A DNA stretch of 64,000 nucleotides from Trueperaceae bacterium (GTDB lineage: Bacteria; Deinococcota; Deinococci; Deinococcales; Trueperaceae), in contig OZ243956.1 of assembly GCA_965214405.1 (NCBI GenBank), forward strand, positions 3,872,001-3,936,000, read 5' to 3'. The notes beneath the pieces were generated by a model that was not told the origin of the DNA, did not search any database, and worked only from the letters and a program-made list of their open reading frames with translations. Below, piece after piece: positions 35,116 to 45,646 of this stretch. The position numbers and the translations under genes are program-made. The stretch's first letter is position 1. Each line of letters starts with the position of its first letter.

Positions 35116-36297
35116 CTAAGAAGACCTGTCCTCGGTCGAAACGCCTTTGGGAATGACAATCCGCTGCGTTGCGCCCGGATTTCTCAACCGTTCCTCGAAG
35201 CTCCTGCTTTCATAGGGGCTTTTGTAAGCTTCATAAGTGGCGTAACCCCGGCCCCGTCGTCTGCTGTTACGACTCCCGTTCTGGTTTTTAAGCACGCGCC
35301 ACGCGAGCAGCCCTGCGCTGACGCCCACGAGCAAGCCCGCGACCGTTCCCGAGGTTCCGGGGCGCGTTTGCGCTTGGGTATAGAGGCTCGTCTGGCGCAC
35401 GCCGCCGCGGTTGTAGCCGCGCACGGCCCCGCCGCCGGAGGCGCTGTAGAGTCCGTCCCCGCCCTCCCGCGCGGGCGCGCTGCCCCGCTGCTGGTCGAAA
35501 ATGAATGTCTCCATGTACTTGTCGGCTAAGCGCGGCGCATTTCTACCAAAGGCCGCGATGCCCTTGCCGCCCGCGCCGCCCACGAACATGTCGCGCTGCT
35601 TGTGCGTGGCACAGTGAAGAATCGCCTCGGCGGCCAAGTTGGGGTGGTAAACGGGAGAGGGCAGCGCGGCCTTTTTGTCCATGTAGTTTTTGGCGTGCTC
35701 AGCGTAGTTGGTGTCTAGCGCGGCGGGTTTGATGAGCGACACCCACACGGGCGCGTCTTCGTGCTCCAACTCCATCCTTAAGGCGTCGGTAAAGCCCTTC
35801 ACGGCGTGCTTCGAGGCCGAGTACATCCCCTGAATGGGGATGGCGCGGTCGGACAAGGTCGAGCCTACGTTGATAATCGTCCCGAGCGCGTCCTTGTGCG
35901 TCTTGAGGTGTTTGGCGGCCTCGAGCGACCCGTAAACCGTGCCCCAAAAGTTCGTATCAAAAAGCTGACGGCTGTCCTCGGTGGTGACCTCTTCTAAAAG
36001 TCCATAGATCGAGACGCCCGCGTTGTTGACCCAGGTGTCAAAACGCCCGTGCTCCTCAATCGCTTTGTCCGAGAGACGTTGCACATCCTCTTCTTTACTC
36101 ACGTCCACGACGACGTAGCTCGCCTTGCCGCCCTCTTCTTTGATGCCGTCGACGATTTTTTTGAGTGCATCTTCGCTGCGCGCTCCCAAAACGACGCGCG
36201 CGCCCTCTTCGGCGGCCATCTCCGCGGTCGCGCGCCCGATGCCGCTGCTCGCGCCGGTAATGACGATAATTTGCTCTTCGAGCGATTTTTGTTTCAT
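35116..36297 (-). CDS. SDR family oxidoreductase with C-terminal TM tail
   Basis: TGASSGIG, VNNAG and YSASK motifs. Confidence 0.92.
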   Translation of the reverse strand: MKQKSLEEQIIVITGASSGIGRATAEMAAEEGARVVLGARSEDALKKIVDGIKEEGGKASYVVVDVSKEEDVQRLSDKAIEEHGRFDTWVNNAGVSIYGLLEEVTTEDSRQLFDTNFWGTVYGSLEAAKHLKTHKDALGTIINVGSTLSDRAIPIQGMYSASKHAVKGFTDALRMELEHEDAPVWVSLIKPAALDTNYAEHAKNYMDKKAALPSPVYHPNLAAEAILHCATHKQRDMFVGGAGGKGIAAFGRNAPRLADKYMETFIFDQQRGSAPAREGGDGLYSASGGGAVRGYNRGGVRQTSLYTQAQTRPGTSGTVAGLLVGVSAGLLAWRVLKNQNGSRNSRRRGRGYATYEAYKSPYESRSFEERLRNPGATQRIVIPKGVSTEDRSS

Positions 36298-36394
36298 AAA
36301 TCCCCCTTTTCCTTTTCGAAGTATAGGTTCGCCGCCACGGGGGGACTGTGGGCGGTTACGGAAAGGTGTCGGTATAGCCTGGTGTCACGCGTCC

Positions 36395-38422
36395 TTACGC
36401 CTTGAAACGGATTTCCACCATCTGATGACCGACAAGGTCGGGTAGGGTAAAGTTCACCCTGCCGTTTTGGACCCTCCACTCGAGCCCCGCCCCTTCCGGC
36501 ACAAGGGTCACCGCCTCGACCTCGGCGGGAACCGCCACGTTCAGCGCGATGTTGGTGAGCGGAATCACGTCTTCGATGACGTCGATGGTGTCGCTGCGCC
36601 GCAGGGGCAGGTAGTGAAGCAGGTGCAAAACGTAGCTCTCCGTCCCTTTCTTATTGAGGCTGACTTGCAAGGTCGAGGGGCCGGAATGCTTGACCAGCGG
36701 CGCCCCAAGCACATCCTTTAGCACGTTGTGTAGCAGCGCCCTGCACCACCTAGGCGCGTTGTGCTGGTATTGGCGGAACAGGGGGTGCGCAAGATAGGTG
36801 AGGTCGCCCTTTCTGGTGACGCCCGGATAGACCGCCTCACCCGTTGAAGGCGCGTGCTTGTGCGACATAAAAGTCTCAAAGGTGCGGTTGAAATAAGGGC
36901 GGTTCACCTCGGCAAGCACCTCCGTGCCCTTCTGGGCCGCCACCAAACTACCGCGCAGGTACATGACGTATTCGCCCGCGTCCAAATCCTCCGCGAGAAA
37001 GCCTTGGGGGACTAAGAAGTCGGGCTGGTAAGGGGCGTCGCCCTGATACTCGAGCCCGAAAAAAGGGGGAAGAGTGCCATTTTGAAGCAGCCCGGACCGA
37101 TGTGAGGCGATAACCTTGCCGCCCGCGTTGAGGTAGGCCTCGAGCTTACTGGCATCATCCGCCGACAGCGCAATCTCGTCGGGCAAAATCAGGACTTTGT
37201 AACCCGACAGGTCCGTTTTGAAACTCACGAAGTTGAACTGATAACCGTAGGCTTCCAACATACGAACAGCCCCCGAGGAGGCTTTAGGTACGCGGCCCTC
37301 GGGCGTAGACGCGGGCGGCGTCGTTTCGCTGCCGAACCCTTCGGGCAGCATCACGCCGATTTCCGTGACGGCTTTAACATCCTTACACCACGGCTCTTTT
37401 TTCTCGACCTCTTTGTAGACGCTGCCGATGAGGTCATAACTGGGCGCGTCAAGCCTCCCGCTCGGGTGAAGCTGGTCGCCGATGCTACACGCCGCGCCGA
37501 GGGCGAGCATCTGGAAGCACTCATACTCGAGCGCTTCCCTATTTTTGTACGAGTGAAAGTCGCCCCACTCGGTGTGAAATTTGCCGGTCATGCCCAGGAT
37601 GGGTTTGGGCAGCGTGCGAGCGTAGCGGGCGGTGACGGGAAAATGGACGTAGCCCCACTCGCCGCTGGGTAGGGACTCGAGTTCCAGATGCGTGTAAGTG
37701 TCTAAGGCTGGATAGATGGACGGGCTGATGTGGCCTTCGTTGTAAAAGATCGTGCAGTCGTCGCTGAAACCGCGCACGAACTCGCTCATGTCGTTCTTAA
37801 ACTCGGAAATGACGTGCAGCCCAAAGCGGCGGCGCGCGTCCTCGTCACTCGGGTCGAGACCTGCTTCTTCCATCTGCCGTTTGGTGGCGACGGAGCTGTC
37901 GTCAAGAGGCTTGACGATGTCGAACCAGAGGCCGTCTACTGGCAGCAGTTCAAAGATTTCCGCGACGTGGTCTTTCAAAAAGTCCAGATACGGTGAATTC
38001 ACCCGCAGGTTGTGGCGAAACCCCGCCTCGAACGGCCCCGGCCCCTGAACCCGTCCGTTTTTGTCCAGCGCGAGCCATTCGGGCTGGGCCTGCGCGGTAA
38101 AAAAGTCCCACTGCACCGTCGTATAGATGGGCGTTTTGATACCAAGTGCGTGACACGCCTCGATTTGTTCCTTGAGCAGATTGACTTCCAAGTGAGGATG
38201 CCGCCGCTCGGGAAAACGTTTTGTATCGAAGTAGATATAGCCGTGGTGGCAGCGCGCGAAAAGGTTGATGGAGTTGACGTGCGCCTCGGCAAGCGTGTCG
38301 GCAAACCTTTGGGCGTCGAACTTCGCGCCGACCCCGGTAATTTGCTGTGCGGTGTGGAAGTCTAAGTGAATTTGTCTGAAGGGGAGTGACACGTGAGGGT
38401 CCTTTCGTGCTCGAGTAAGCAT
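36395..38422 (-). CDS. Glycoside hydrolase, GH151-like alpha-L-fucosidase (beta-galactosidase trimerisation-type domain)
   Basis: FRQIHLDFHT, SINLFARCHHG, DGLWFDI, ELESLPSGEWGY, GMTGKFHTEWGDF and IGDQLHPSG. Family assignment is from recalled similarity to GH151 enzymes. Confidence 0.72.
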   Translation of the reverse strand: MLTRARKDPHVSLPFRQIHLDFHTAQQITGVGAKFDAQRFADTLAEAHVNSINLFARCHHGYIYFDTKRFPERRHPHLEVNLLKEQIEACHALGIKTPIYTTVQWDFFTAQAQPEWLALDKNGRVQGPGPFEAGFRHNLRVNSPYLDFLKDHVAEIFELLPVDGLWFDIVKPLDDSSVATKRQMEEAGLDPSDEDARRRFGLHVISEFKNDMSEFVRGFSDDCTIFYNEGHISPSIYPALDTYTHLELESLPSGEWGYVHFPVTARYARTLPKPILGMTGKFHTEWGDFHSYKNREALEYECFQMLALGAACSIGDQLHPSGRLDAPSYDLIGSVYKEVEKKEPWCKDVKAVTEIGVMLPEGFGSETTPPASTPEGRVPKASSGAVRMLEAYGYQFNFVSFKTDLSGYKVLILPDEIALSADDASKLEAYLNAGGKVIASHRSGLLQNGTLPPFFGLEYQGDAPYQPDFLVPQGFLAEDLDAGEYVMYLRGSLVAAQKGTEVLAEVNRPYFNRTFETFMSHKHAPSTGEAVYPGVTRKGDLTYLAHPLFRQYQHNAPRWCRALLHNVLKDVLGAPLVKHSGPSTLQVSLNKKGTESYVLHLLHYLPLRRSDTIDVIEDVIPLTNIALNVAVPAEVEAVTLVPEGAGLEWRVQNGRVNFTLPDLVGHQMVEIRFKA

Positions 38423-38501
38423 CTCTGGTCAGGTTAAACAAGCTACAACGCTGCCTAAGAAGCACTAAGTCGTAACAATCTTCAAGCCGTTCTTTAACCA
38501 C

Positions 38502-39344
38502 TTAGCCCTTCAACGACCCCGCCGTAATGCCCTCGATAATGTAGCGTTGCGCGAAAAAGTAGAAAATGAGCACAGGCAAAGCCGCCAGCGTGAGACCGGT
38601 CAGCATAAGGTCGTACTGCACCCGGCCCAAACCGCTCACAAAAGACACCACGCCGATGGGAATGGTGTAGGCGTCGTTGTTCCCGCCCACAAAGGTGAGG
38701 GCAAACAGGTACTCGTTCCAGACGTTGACAAGGTTGAGGATAATCACGGTCATGAGGGCGGGCCGCGCGAGGGGCAGCGCGACGGAAAAAAAGATACGCG
38801 CTGTCGAGCAGCCGTCGAGCCGCGCCGACTCTTCGATTTCGCGCGGGATGTTTCTAAAAAAGTCGCGCAGGATGAACACCGACACGGGCAAGCCGAAGCC
38901 GATATAGGGAAAGACCAGCGCCGCCAGTTTGTTGAGCAGACCCAAGTCGCGCATCATGGCGTACAGCGGGATGAGGGTCACGTAGATGGGAATCATGGTG
39001 CCCGACAGGAACAGCAAAAAGAGAAGTTCGCGCCCCCGAAAGGGCACGCGCGCGAAAATATACGCCGCCATCGCCGCGATAAGCGTGAGTAGCGGCACCG
39101 TGATTAGACTGAGCAGCGTAGAGTTCAAATAAAAGGTTTGAAAGGCGTCACTCGCCAAAACTTTGGCGTAGTTGGCGAACGACAGCGCGGTCGGTAGCGC
39201 CCACAGGTTCGTCAAAATCTCTCGAGTCGGCTTGAACGACGAGTAGATCATCCACAGGACCGGGTAACCGAACAAGATGGCGAAAAACGCCGCGATGAGG
39301 TACTGCCACCACATGCCTACGTGAAGCTTGAGGGCTCTGGTCAT
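38502..39344 (-). CDS. Carbohydrate ABC transporter permease (MalG-like)
   Basis: IPREIEESARLDGC EAA motif; ATG overlaps the upstream stop (TGATG). Confidence 0.92.
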   Translation of the reverse strand: MTRALKLHVGMWWQYLIAAFFAILFGYPVLWMIYSSFKPTREILTNLWALPTALSFANYAKVLASDAFQTFYLNSTLLSLITVPLLTLIAAMAAYIFARVPFRGRELLFLLFLSGTMIPIYVTLIPLYAMMRDLGLLNKLAALVFPYIGFGLPVSVFILRDFFRNIPREIEESARLDGCSTARIFFSVALPLARPALMTVIILNLVNVWNEYLFALTFVGGNNDAYTIPIGVVSFVSGLGRVQYDLMLTGLTLAALPVLIFYFFAQRYIIEGITAGSLKG

Positions 39345-40270
39345 CACCTCTCCTCGCGCTGCCGGGTCACAAAGATGTACACCACCGCCACCACCAGCGC
39401 CATCGCAAACAGCGTAAAGGCGATCGCGCTGCCGTAGCCGAACTTTTGCGACCTGAACGACTGCTTGAACATATACGTCGCCATCACACTGCTGCTGTTG
39501 GACGGGCCGCCCTCGGTCAAAATCCAGACCATGTCGAAAAACTTGAGCGAACCCACGATGGCGAGTAGGGAGACGACCCTGGTAGTCGAGCTGAGTAGGG
39601 GCAGGGTGATAAAACGCTGCTGCTGCCAACCGCTCGCCCCGTCAATTTGCGCCGACTCGTAAAGCTCGCCGGGAATCCCCTGAATCGCGGCGATAAAAAT
39701 GACGAGGTAAAAGCCTAGGTACTTCCAGGTCGTCACCACCATCACGCTGACCATCACGATATTGGGGTCGGCGAGCCACGACTGCGTGAAATGCCCAAGG
39801 CCTAAGTCGCGCAGTAGCGTGTTCAACATGCCGAACTGCGGGTTGTAAATCCACGACCAGATCACCGCCACGATGACCTCTGACAAGACCATCGGCGCGA
39901 AGTAGAGGGTTCTAAAAAAAGCCGAGCCCTTGAGCTTGCTGGTTAGCAGCACGGCCAGACCAATCGCCAGCGGAATCTGCGTAACGAGCGACCACACCAC
40001 GACAAATACGTTGTTCCACACGCTTTGCCAGAAGAAGGGGTCGCTCATCAGCTTTTGATAGTTGCCCAGCCCCACGAAATCTGTGAGCCCGCCCAGCCCG
40101 TTCCAGTCGAACAGGCTGTAGCGCGCCGACAGGAAAATGGGCACGACGACGAAAACGAGAAAAATAACGAGGCCCGGCAGCAAAAAGAGCAGCGCGGTCA
40201 GCCGCCGCTCGTTCCAGAAGGGCGAGACTCTAGGCGCGCGGGTCTTTTGGGTCTGACTCGAGAGTGCCAT
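39344..40270 (-). CDS. Carbohydrate ABC transporter permease (MalF-like)
   Basis: FVGLGNY, IPGELYESAQIDGAS and FGYGSA. Confidence 0.92.
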   Translation of the reverse strand: MALSSQTQKTRAPRVSPFWNERRLTALLFLLPGLVIFLVFVVVPIFLSARYSLFDWNGLGGLTDFVGLGNYQKLMSDPFFWQSVWNNVFVVVWSLVTQIPLAIGLAVLLTSKLKGSAFFRTLYFAPMVLSEVIVAVIWSWIYNPQFGMLNTLLRDLGLGHFTQSWLADPNIVMVSVMVVTTWKYLGFYLVIFIAAIQGIPGELYESAQIDGASGWQQQRFITLPLLSSTTRVVSLLAIVGSLKFFDMVWILTEGGPSNSSSVMATYMFKQSFRSQKFGYGSAIAFTLFAMALVVAVVYIFVTRQREER

Positions 40271-41546
40271 GAAAAGGCCAGAGAGCAGACGACGCACGTC
40301 GTCTGCTCTCTAAGGATTCAGTTGACCGGACCCAGTTCTTCGGTGGCGGTGCGCTCCATAATGTCTGCGGCCTCCTCCGGCGTGAGGGTGAGACCGAACA
40401 GCCCCTGCACCGTGTCGAGGTGCGCCTCTGCCAGGGCGGGCGGTAGGAACTGGTCATAGTAAAGCTGAAGATAGGTCGCATTGTCTAACAGCGCCGCGAC
40501 CTGCTGCGCAACGGGGTCTTCGATCGCGTCCTCGAACCCGCGCAGGGCGGGCAGGTCGCCGTTCGCGGCCACGCGCTGACCGAACGCTTCAGTGCCGACG
40601 AGCGCTAAAATCGCCCCTGCCGTCCCCTCGGGCGCGGTGGTGGAGATGGCGAGTGACTGGCCCACACCACCAATAACCTCGGTGGCCGCGCCCACACCGT
40701 CCGTAAAGGTCGGGAAGGGGTGGATGCCAAAGCTCTCGTAAACGAGGTCGGGGTCGATGTCTCTTAAACCGCCTAAGTCCCAGTTGCCCATCAGCCGCAT
40801 GGCTGCCTGACCGAGACCCATGATGGCCTGCGCGTCCTCGTTGGGGGTGCCGTTAAAGCCCTCGTTAAAGCAGCCCGCGTTGACCGCCTCTTGCAGGCGT
40901 TCGCCCGCCTCGACGAACACCTCGTCGGTAAAAGAGGTTTCGCGGTTTAGCGCGGACAAAAAGGGCTCGGGGCCGCCGAGGCGCGTGACGAGGTAAGAGT
41001 ACCAGTGAGAGCCGGGCCAGCGGTCCGCGTTACCTATTGCCATCGGTACGACGCCGTTTTGGCTGAAGGTCTCGCAAGCCGTAATGAACTGGTCCCAGGT
41101 TTCGGGGATGTCCACGCCGTACTCTTCGAACAGTGTGTCGTTGGTCCACAGCACCACGGCGGCAAGTTTCATAGGAAAAGCGTAACGCTCGCCGTCAAAG
41201 GTCGACGCGGCGAGCGCGCCCGGTATAAACAACGTTTCGCCGTCAAGCTCCGGGATGGGCGCGGCCACGCCCGCATCCGCGAACGCTTTGAGGCCGCCCC
41301 CGCCCCAGGTCTGGAACACGTCAGGCTGCTCCCCTGCCGACGCGGCAATCTGGAACTGGGTCTTGAACGGGTCGTTGTCGATGGCCTGCGCGTCAATGAC
41401 GAAGTCGCTCTGTTCACTGTTAAATGCTTCGATGGCGGGTGGCAAGACGGGCGCGAACGAGTCGCCTTCGGTGGCGATGTGCCACAGGGTGATGGGGGTT
41501 TGCGCGAACGCGAGACCGAAAACAAAAAGGAGTGGCAGTAACAATA

Positions 41547-42819
41547 CTTCGGACAGGTATTGAAAAGAAGGAAGCCATCACGCTAGTTTGAATGTGTGAT
41601 GAAACAAACAGATGATGGCTTGCTAGAGATTATAGACGAAGCGCTGATAAAGATGCCAGGGGTAGGCAAATGGCAACGAGATTTTCTAAGACAGTTGTTC
41701 AGTACCGTGCTGTTGGTGTACGGCAAGCTCAACTTCAGCAACTTAGCCAGACATAGCGAACTGGATGAGAAAACGTACCGCAGAGGTTTTAGACGAGACT
41801 TTGACTTCGAGATGTTCAACCTGCATTGTCTAGGGCAACGTACTACGAGCGGCGAACTGGTGGCAGCACTAGACGCGAGCTACTTAGCTAAAAGCGGGAA
41901 ACAGACGTTTGGGCTGGGTAAATTTTACAGTGGCTGTATAGGTAGGGCAGTAAAAGGCTTAGAGATTAGTGAACTGGCTTTGATTGACCGTGACAGCCGT
42001 CAGGCATTTGCTTTTTCAACGAGGCAGACTGTGGCTAAGGCGGGGAAAAGCCGCGTTGAGCAGTATGCCGAACACGTAGAAGCCTGTGCTGAAACCTTGC
42101 CTAAAGAGGTCAACTATCTGCTGGTAGACGGCTATTACAGCAAGAAGGGGTTTGTTGACACAGTGTGTGCTCTAGGAAAGCTTGAGGTAGTGGGCAAACT
42201 ACGCTGTGACGCCAACCTACGCTATCTCTACCGAGGAGCCTACTGTGGCAAAGGACGCCCTAAACGCTATGATGGCAAGGTTGATTTTGGAGACCTGAGC
42301 CGGTTTGTTTATGAGAGCGAAACTGAACCGCAGCTTCACATCTATACGCAAACCCTTTGGCATGTTGGTTTGAAACGTCTTCTTCGCGTTGTGCTACTGC
42401 TCGATACCAGCAAAGCCAAACCTCGTTACATCTTGCTCTTTTCGACAGACCTGAGTCTTACCGGCAAGGAGATACTAGACCTTTACAAGTTACGCTTCCA
42501 AATCGAATTCCTGTTTCGGGATGCTAAACAGTTTACAGGTCTTTGTGACTGCCAAGCCAGAGATGCAAAAGCACTTGCCTTTCATTTCAACACCGCTTTA
42601 TCGGCTGTTAATCTTGCCAAGTTAGACCTTCTAAACCAGCAAGAGGGAGAGCAAGCTTTCGTCTTCTCTTTAAGCAGTTACATCCACCGTTCTTTCAGTC
42701 ACCGACTGCTTTCTCGACTTTTTGCAAGCTTAGACTTTGACCTCAGTTGCAATAAAGTTCAGTCCGCTTTTAACCATGCCCTTGCCTTCGGGCTAGCTTG
42801 TCCTTAAATCTGTCCGGAG
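41547..42819 (+). mobile_element. Insertion sequence (1273 bp), IS4/IS701-like DDE family
   Basis: Terminal inverted repeats CTTCGGACAGGT / ATCTGTCCGGAG; flanking TA duplication; lower GC than the host. Confidence 0.9.
41596..42807 (+). CDS. DDE transposase
   Basis: LDASY..KSGK, LVDGYY and YKLRFQIEFLFRDAKQ (Y-2-R-3-E-6-K signature). Confidence 0.93.
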   Translation: MMKQTDDGLLEIIDEALIKMPGVGKWQRDFLRQLFSTVLLVYGKLNFSNLARHSELDEKTYRRGFRRDFDFEMFNLHCLGQRTTSGELVAALDASYLAKSGKQTFGLGKFYSGCIGRAVKGLEISELALIDRDSRQAFAFSTRQTVAKAGKSRVEQYAEHVEACAETLPKEVNYLLVDGYYSKKGFVDTVCALGKLEVVGKLRCDANLRYLYRGAYCGKGRPKRYDGKVDFGDLSRFVYESETEPQLHIYTQTLWHVGLKRLLRVVLLLDTSKAKPRYILLFSTDLSLTGKEILDLYKLRFQIEFLFRDAKQFTGLCDCQARDAKALAFHFNTALSAVNLAKLDLLNQQEGEQAFVFSLSSYIHRSFSHRLLSRLFASLDFDLSCNKVQSAFNHALAFGLACP

Positions 42820-42990
42820 TATTGGCAGTAAGAGGAGTGGTAGTAAAAAGCGGATGGGTTTAGCAGCTTGCATGGGTTACCTCCCGTAAGGTGGCGCATG
42901 TGGAACAGGTACTTGCGGATGATGCGTGGAGCTACGGTTTGGTTCACCTCCTTAAAACCTATAAATCTATGCAAAAACTTGTGTAGCGGT

Positions 42991-43008
42991 ATTGTAAACG
43001 TATACAAT
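42991..43008. promoter_or_regulatory. LacI-family operator
   Basis: ATTGTAAACGTATACAAT, a near-perfect palindrome with central CG, lies between the divergent ABC operon and the LacI gene. Confidence 0.75.
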
Positions 43009-43071
43009 AGAAATTGCAAGGGTCTCTCAATCAACAAGCACCGTGAGCGAAAGGGCGAGACTAACGAGGAG

Positions 43072-44091
43072 GTGGTTACTGTAGCCAGTATGAACGACGT
43101 TGCCGCGCACGCGGGCGTGTCGAACGCCACCGTGTCGCGCGTGTTGAGCGATAAACCTCACGTGAGTGAAGAGGTGCGGGCCAGGGTTTACAGGGCGGTG
43201 GAGGCCCTGGGCTATCAGCCCGACACCACCGCGCGCCGTTTGCGCTCGCAGACCACGAGTCAGGTCATCGGGCTTATTGTCTCGGATATCCAAAACCCAC
43301 ACTTCGCCGCGCTGGTGCGGGGCGTGGAGGACGTGGCCTTCGAGCACCGGATGAACGTGATTTTGTGCAACACGGACGAGCAGGGCGCGCGCGAAGCGTT
43401 TTACATTAAACTCATGCAGTCCGAGCGTGCGGCGGGCCTGCTGATTAACCCCATAGGCGAGGAGGCTCCCGGCCTGCTCTCTCAGGTTCAGGCGCTGGGT
43501 ACGGCGCTGGTCTTTTTGGACAACAGCGTGGCTGATTTGCCTTTTGACTCGATTGGGGTGGACGACCGAGAGGGCGCGGCGGCGGCGGTGCAGCATCTTA
43601 TGAACCTTGGCTACCGGCGCGTCGGCATGGTGGGCGGGCGCATGAGCCAGTCCACCGGGCGCAGGCGCTTCGAGGGGTATTGCGACGCGCTTTTGAACAA
43701 GCTCGAGCTGGACGCCAGCCTAGTGATAGAAACTGACTTCTCAGAGGCGGGCGGGTACGGAGCAACCCGTAAGCTCCTGCAACACAGCGCGCCGCCCGAC
43801 GCCCTCTTCTGCGCCAACAACTCCGCTACGCTGGGTGCGCTCCGTGCGGCGCGCGAACTCGGCGTACGCATTCCGCACGATCTGGCACTGGTGTCATTCG
43901 ACGATGTGCCGTGGGGCGCGTTTCTAGACCCGCCCCTGACCGCCGTCGCGCAGCCCTCCTATGACATCGGTGTACAGGCGGCGCGGCTGTTAAAAGAGCG
44001 GCTTGAGGATAAAACACGACCGCCGCGCAACCTAGAGTTACCCACCCGGCTCATTGTGCGTGAATCTTGCGGTAGTAGGTTGGCAAAGTGA
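43072..44091 (+). CDS. LacI family transcriptional regulator (start may be 43090)
   Basis: SMNDVAAHAGVSNATVSRVL HTH, IPHDLALVSFDD, PPLTAVAQP and LIVRESC. Confidence 0.95.
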   Translation: MVTVASMNDVAAHAGVSNATVSRVLSDKPHVSEEVRARVYRAVEALGYQPDTTARRLRSQTTSQVIGLIVSDIQNPHFAALVRGVEDVAFEHRMNVILCNTDEQGAREAFYIKLMQSERAAGLLINPIGEEAPGLLSQVQALGTALVFLDNSVADLPFDSIGVDDREGAAAAVQHLMNLGYRRVGMVGGRMSQSTGRRRFEGYCDALLNKLELDASLVIETDFSEAGGYGATRKLLQHSAPPDALFCANNSATLGALRAARELGVRIPHDLALVSFDDVPWGAFLDPPLTAVAQPSYDIGVQAARLLKERLEDKTRPPRNLELPTRLIVRESCGSRLAK

Positions 44092-45515
44092 CAAACGCAC
44101 CCAACATCGTCATCATCCACGTGGACCAGTACCGCGACGACTGCTTCTCGCTACGCGGTCATCCGGTGGTGGACACGCCCACCTTAGACCAGTTGGCCCG
44201 CTCGGGCGCAGACTTCCGCAGCGCCTACAGCGAGTGCCCCATCTGCATTCCGGCGCGGCACACCGCGCTCACCGGCATGGACCCGCAGGCAACCGGGGTC
44301 ATGGGTTTCGAAACCCGCGCGCGCATCGCCCGCCCCGACCTGACCCTGCCCGCTCTCCTTAAACACGCGGGTTACCAGACCGCCCACGTCGGACGCGACT
44401 GGCACCAGTACCCCGCGCACGCGCACTACGGCTTTGAAATCTATGACGCCGACCCGTTCGCCGAGCAGTACGCCACGTTTCACAGCCTATTTATCCCCGG
44501 CAACCACCGCGCCAAACCCAACTGGCCGCACGACCTCACGCACGGCTTGGGTCCGAACAGCAGCCGCGCCCGCCCCTGGCCCTATGAAGAAGAATTTCAC
44601 CAGACGAACTTCGCGGTCAACAAAGGCATCGAGTTTTTAGAGCGGCGCGACCTTGAACGTCCGTTTTTGCTCTCACTCGGTACCGTCGCGCCGCACCCGC
44701 CGCTGGTGCCCCCAGCTTGTTATTTGGAGCGTTATTTAGGGCTGGACATGGACGCCCCCGCCATCGGCGACTGGGCGAGGCGTCCCACGAATGACGAGCT
44801 GGGTCTGGGTCCTGAAAGCGGCAGACAGGTACTCGAGGGAAGGCGGCTGCACGAGGCCAAGGCCGGTTACTACGGGCTCATCAGCCATTTAGACGACCAG
44901 TTGGCCCTGTTTCTCCGCAAGCTGAGAAGACGAGAGGACAATGTGTACGTCTTCTTTATAAGCGACCACGGCGAGATGCTGGGCGACCACTTTTTCTGGC
45001 GCAAATCCCTGCCTTACGAGGGGTCGGCGCACATCCCCTTCTTGCTGTCCGGACCGGACATCGAACCCGGTACCGTCGTCAGTGCTCCCGTCGGCCTGCA
45101 AGACCTTCTACCGACCTGCTGCGACATAGCCGGTATAGCGGTGCCCGAGGGGGTCACCGGACGCAGCGTTCTCGGGCTTGCCCGCCACGAAACCGTCCCA
45201 GACTGGCGCGAGTGGCTTCACGGCGAGCACGCCCCCATGAAGGACGTGTTTCCCGGGATGCACTACCTGACCGACGGCGCGCGCAAGTACATCTGGTTTT
45301 TAGATGGGCTCGAGCAGTTTTTCGACTTAGGGCGCGACCCCAAGGAACTAAACAACCTGATTCACGCCGGGGCGTACCAAGACCAGGTCGTCCTCTGGCG
45401 CGAGCGCCTCATAAAGAGACTCGCCGGGCGACCCGAAGGCTTCAGCGACGGATACCGGCTCATTCCGGGCGTAAGGTATGAGAAACACAACTCGAGGGCG
45501 GTGGTGGACGTTTGA
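44088..45515 (+). CDS. Formylglycine-dependent sulfatase (cytoplasmic, Cys-type)
   Basis: PNIVII.VDQ.R, CIPAR (CxPxR) plus LTG, APHPP, SDHGEMLGDH and K.LPYEGS..IP. Confidence 0.93.
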   Translation: MTNAPNIVIIHVDQYRDDCFSLRGHPVVDTPTLDQLARSGADFRSAYSECPICIPARHTALTGMDPQATGVMGFETRARIARPDLTLPALLKHAGYQTAHVGRDWHQYPAHAHYGFEIYDADPFAEQYATFHSLFIPGNHRAKPNWPHDLTHGLGPNSSRARPWPYEEEFHQTNFAVNKGIEFLERRDLERPFLLSLGTVAPHPPLVPPACYLERYLGLDMDAPAIGDWARRPTNDELGLGPESGRQVLEGRRLHEAKAGYYGLISHLDDQLALFLRKLRRREDNVYVFFISDHGEMLGDHFFWRKSLPYEGSAHIPFLLSGPDIEPGTVVSAPVGLQDLLPTCCDIAGIAVPEGVTGRSVLGLARHETVPDWREWLHGEHAPMKDVFPGMHYLTDGARKYIWFLDGLEQFFDLGRDPKELNNLIHAGAYQDQVVLWRERLIKRLAGRPEGFSDGYRLIPGVRYEKHNSRAVVDV

Positions 45516-45646
45516 GTGGTGGACATGTGAATAGCGGGCCAACTCACCTTACGCAGAAGCCGTTATGTAGAGACGATTGAGAGGATGCAGCCTAAAGGAC
45601 ACAATGTGAATACACGACGTGAGAAACACAGCATGAGAGACGAAGC

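Larger units (their letters stand above)
40318..42873 (-). pseudogene. Sugar ABC substrate-binding protein interrupted by an IS in its signal peptide (5' part 42820-42873, 3' part 40318-41544)
   Basis: Removing the IS and one TA copy gives an in-frame MQAAKPIRFLLPLLLLPI-LLLPLLFVFGLAFAQ... preceded by a GGAGG RBS. The body has PDVF, PETWDQF and AAMRLMGNW family-1 SBP motifs. Confidence 0.85.

Noticed and set aside
42868..43071. Long N-terminal extension of the LacI regulator
   Set aside because: It spans the operator and divergent promoter region; the HTH begins near 43090.
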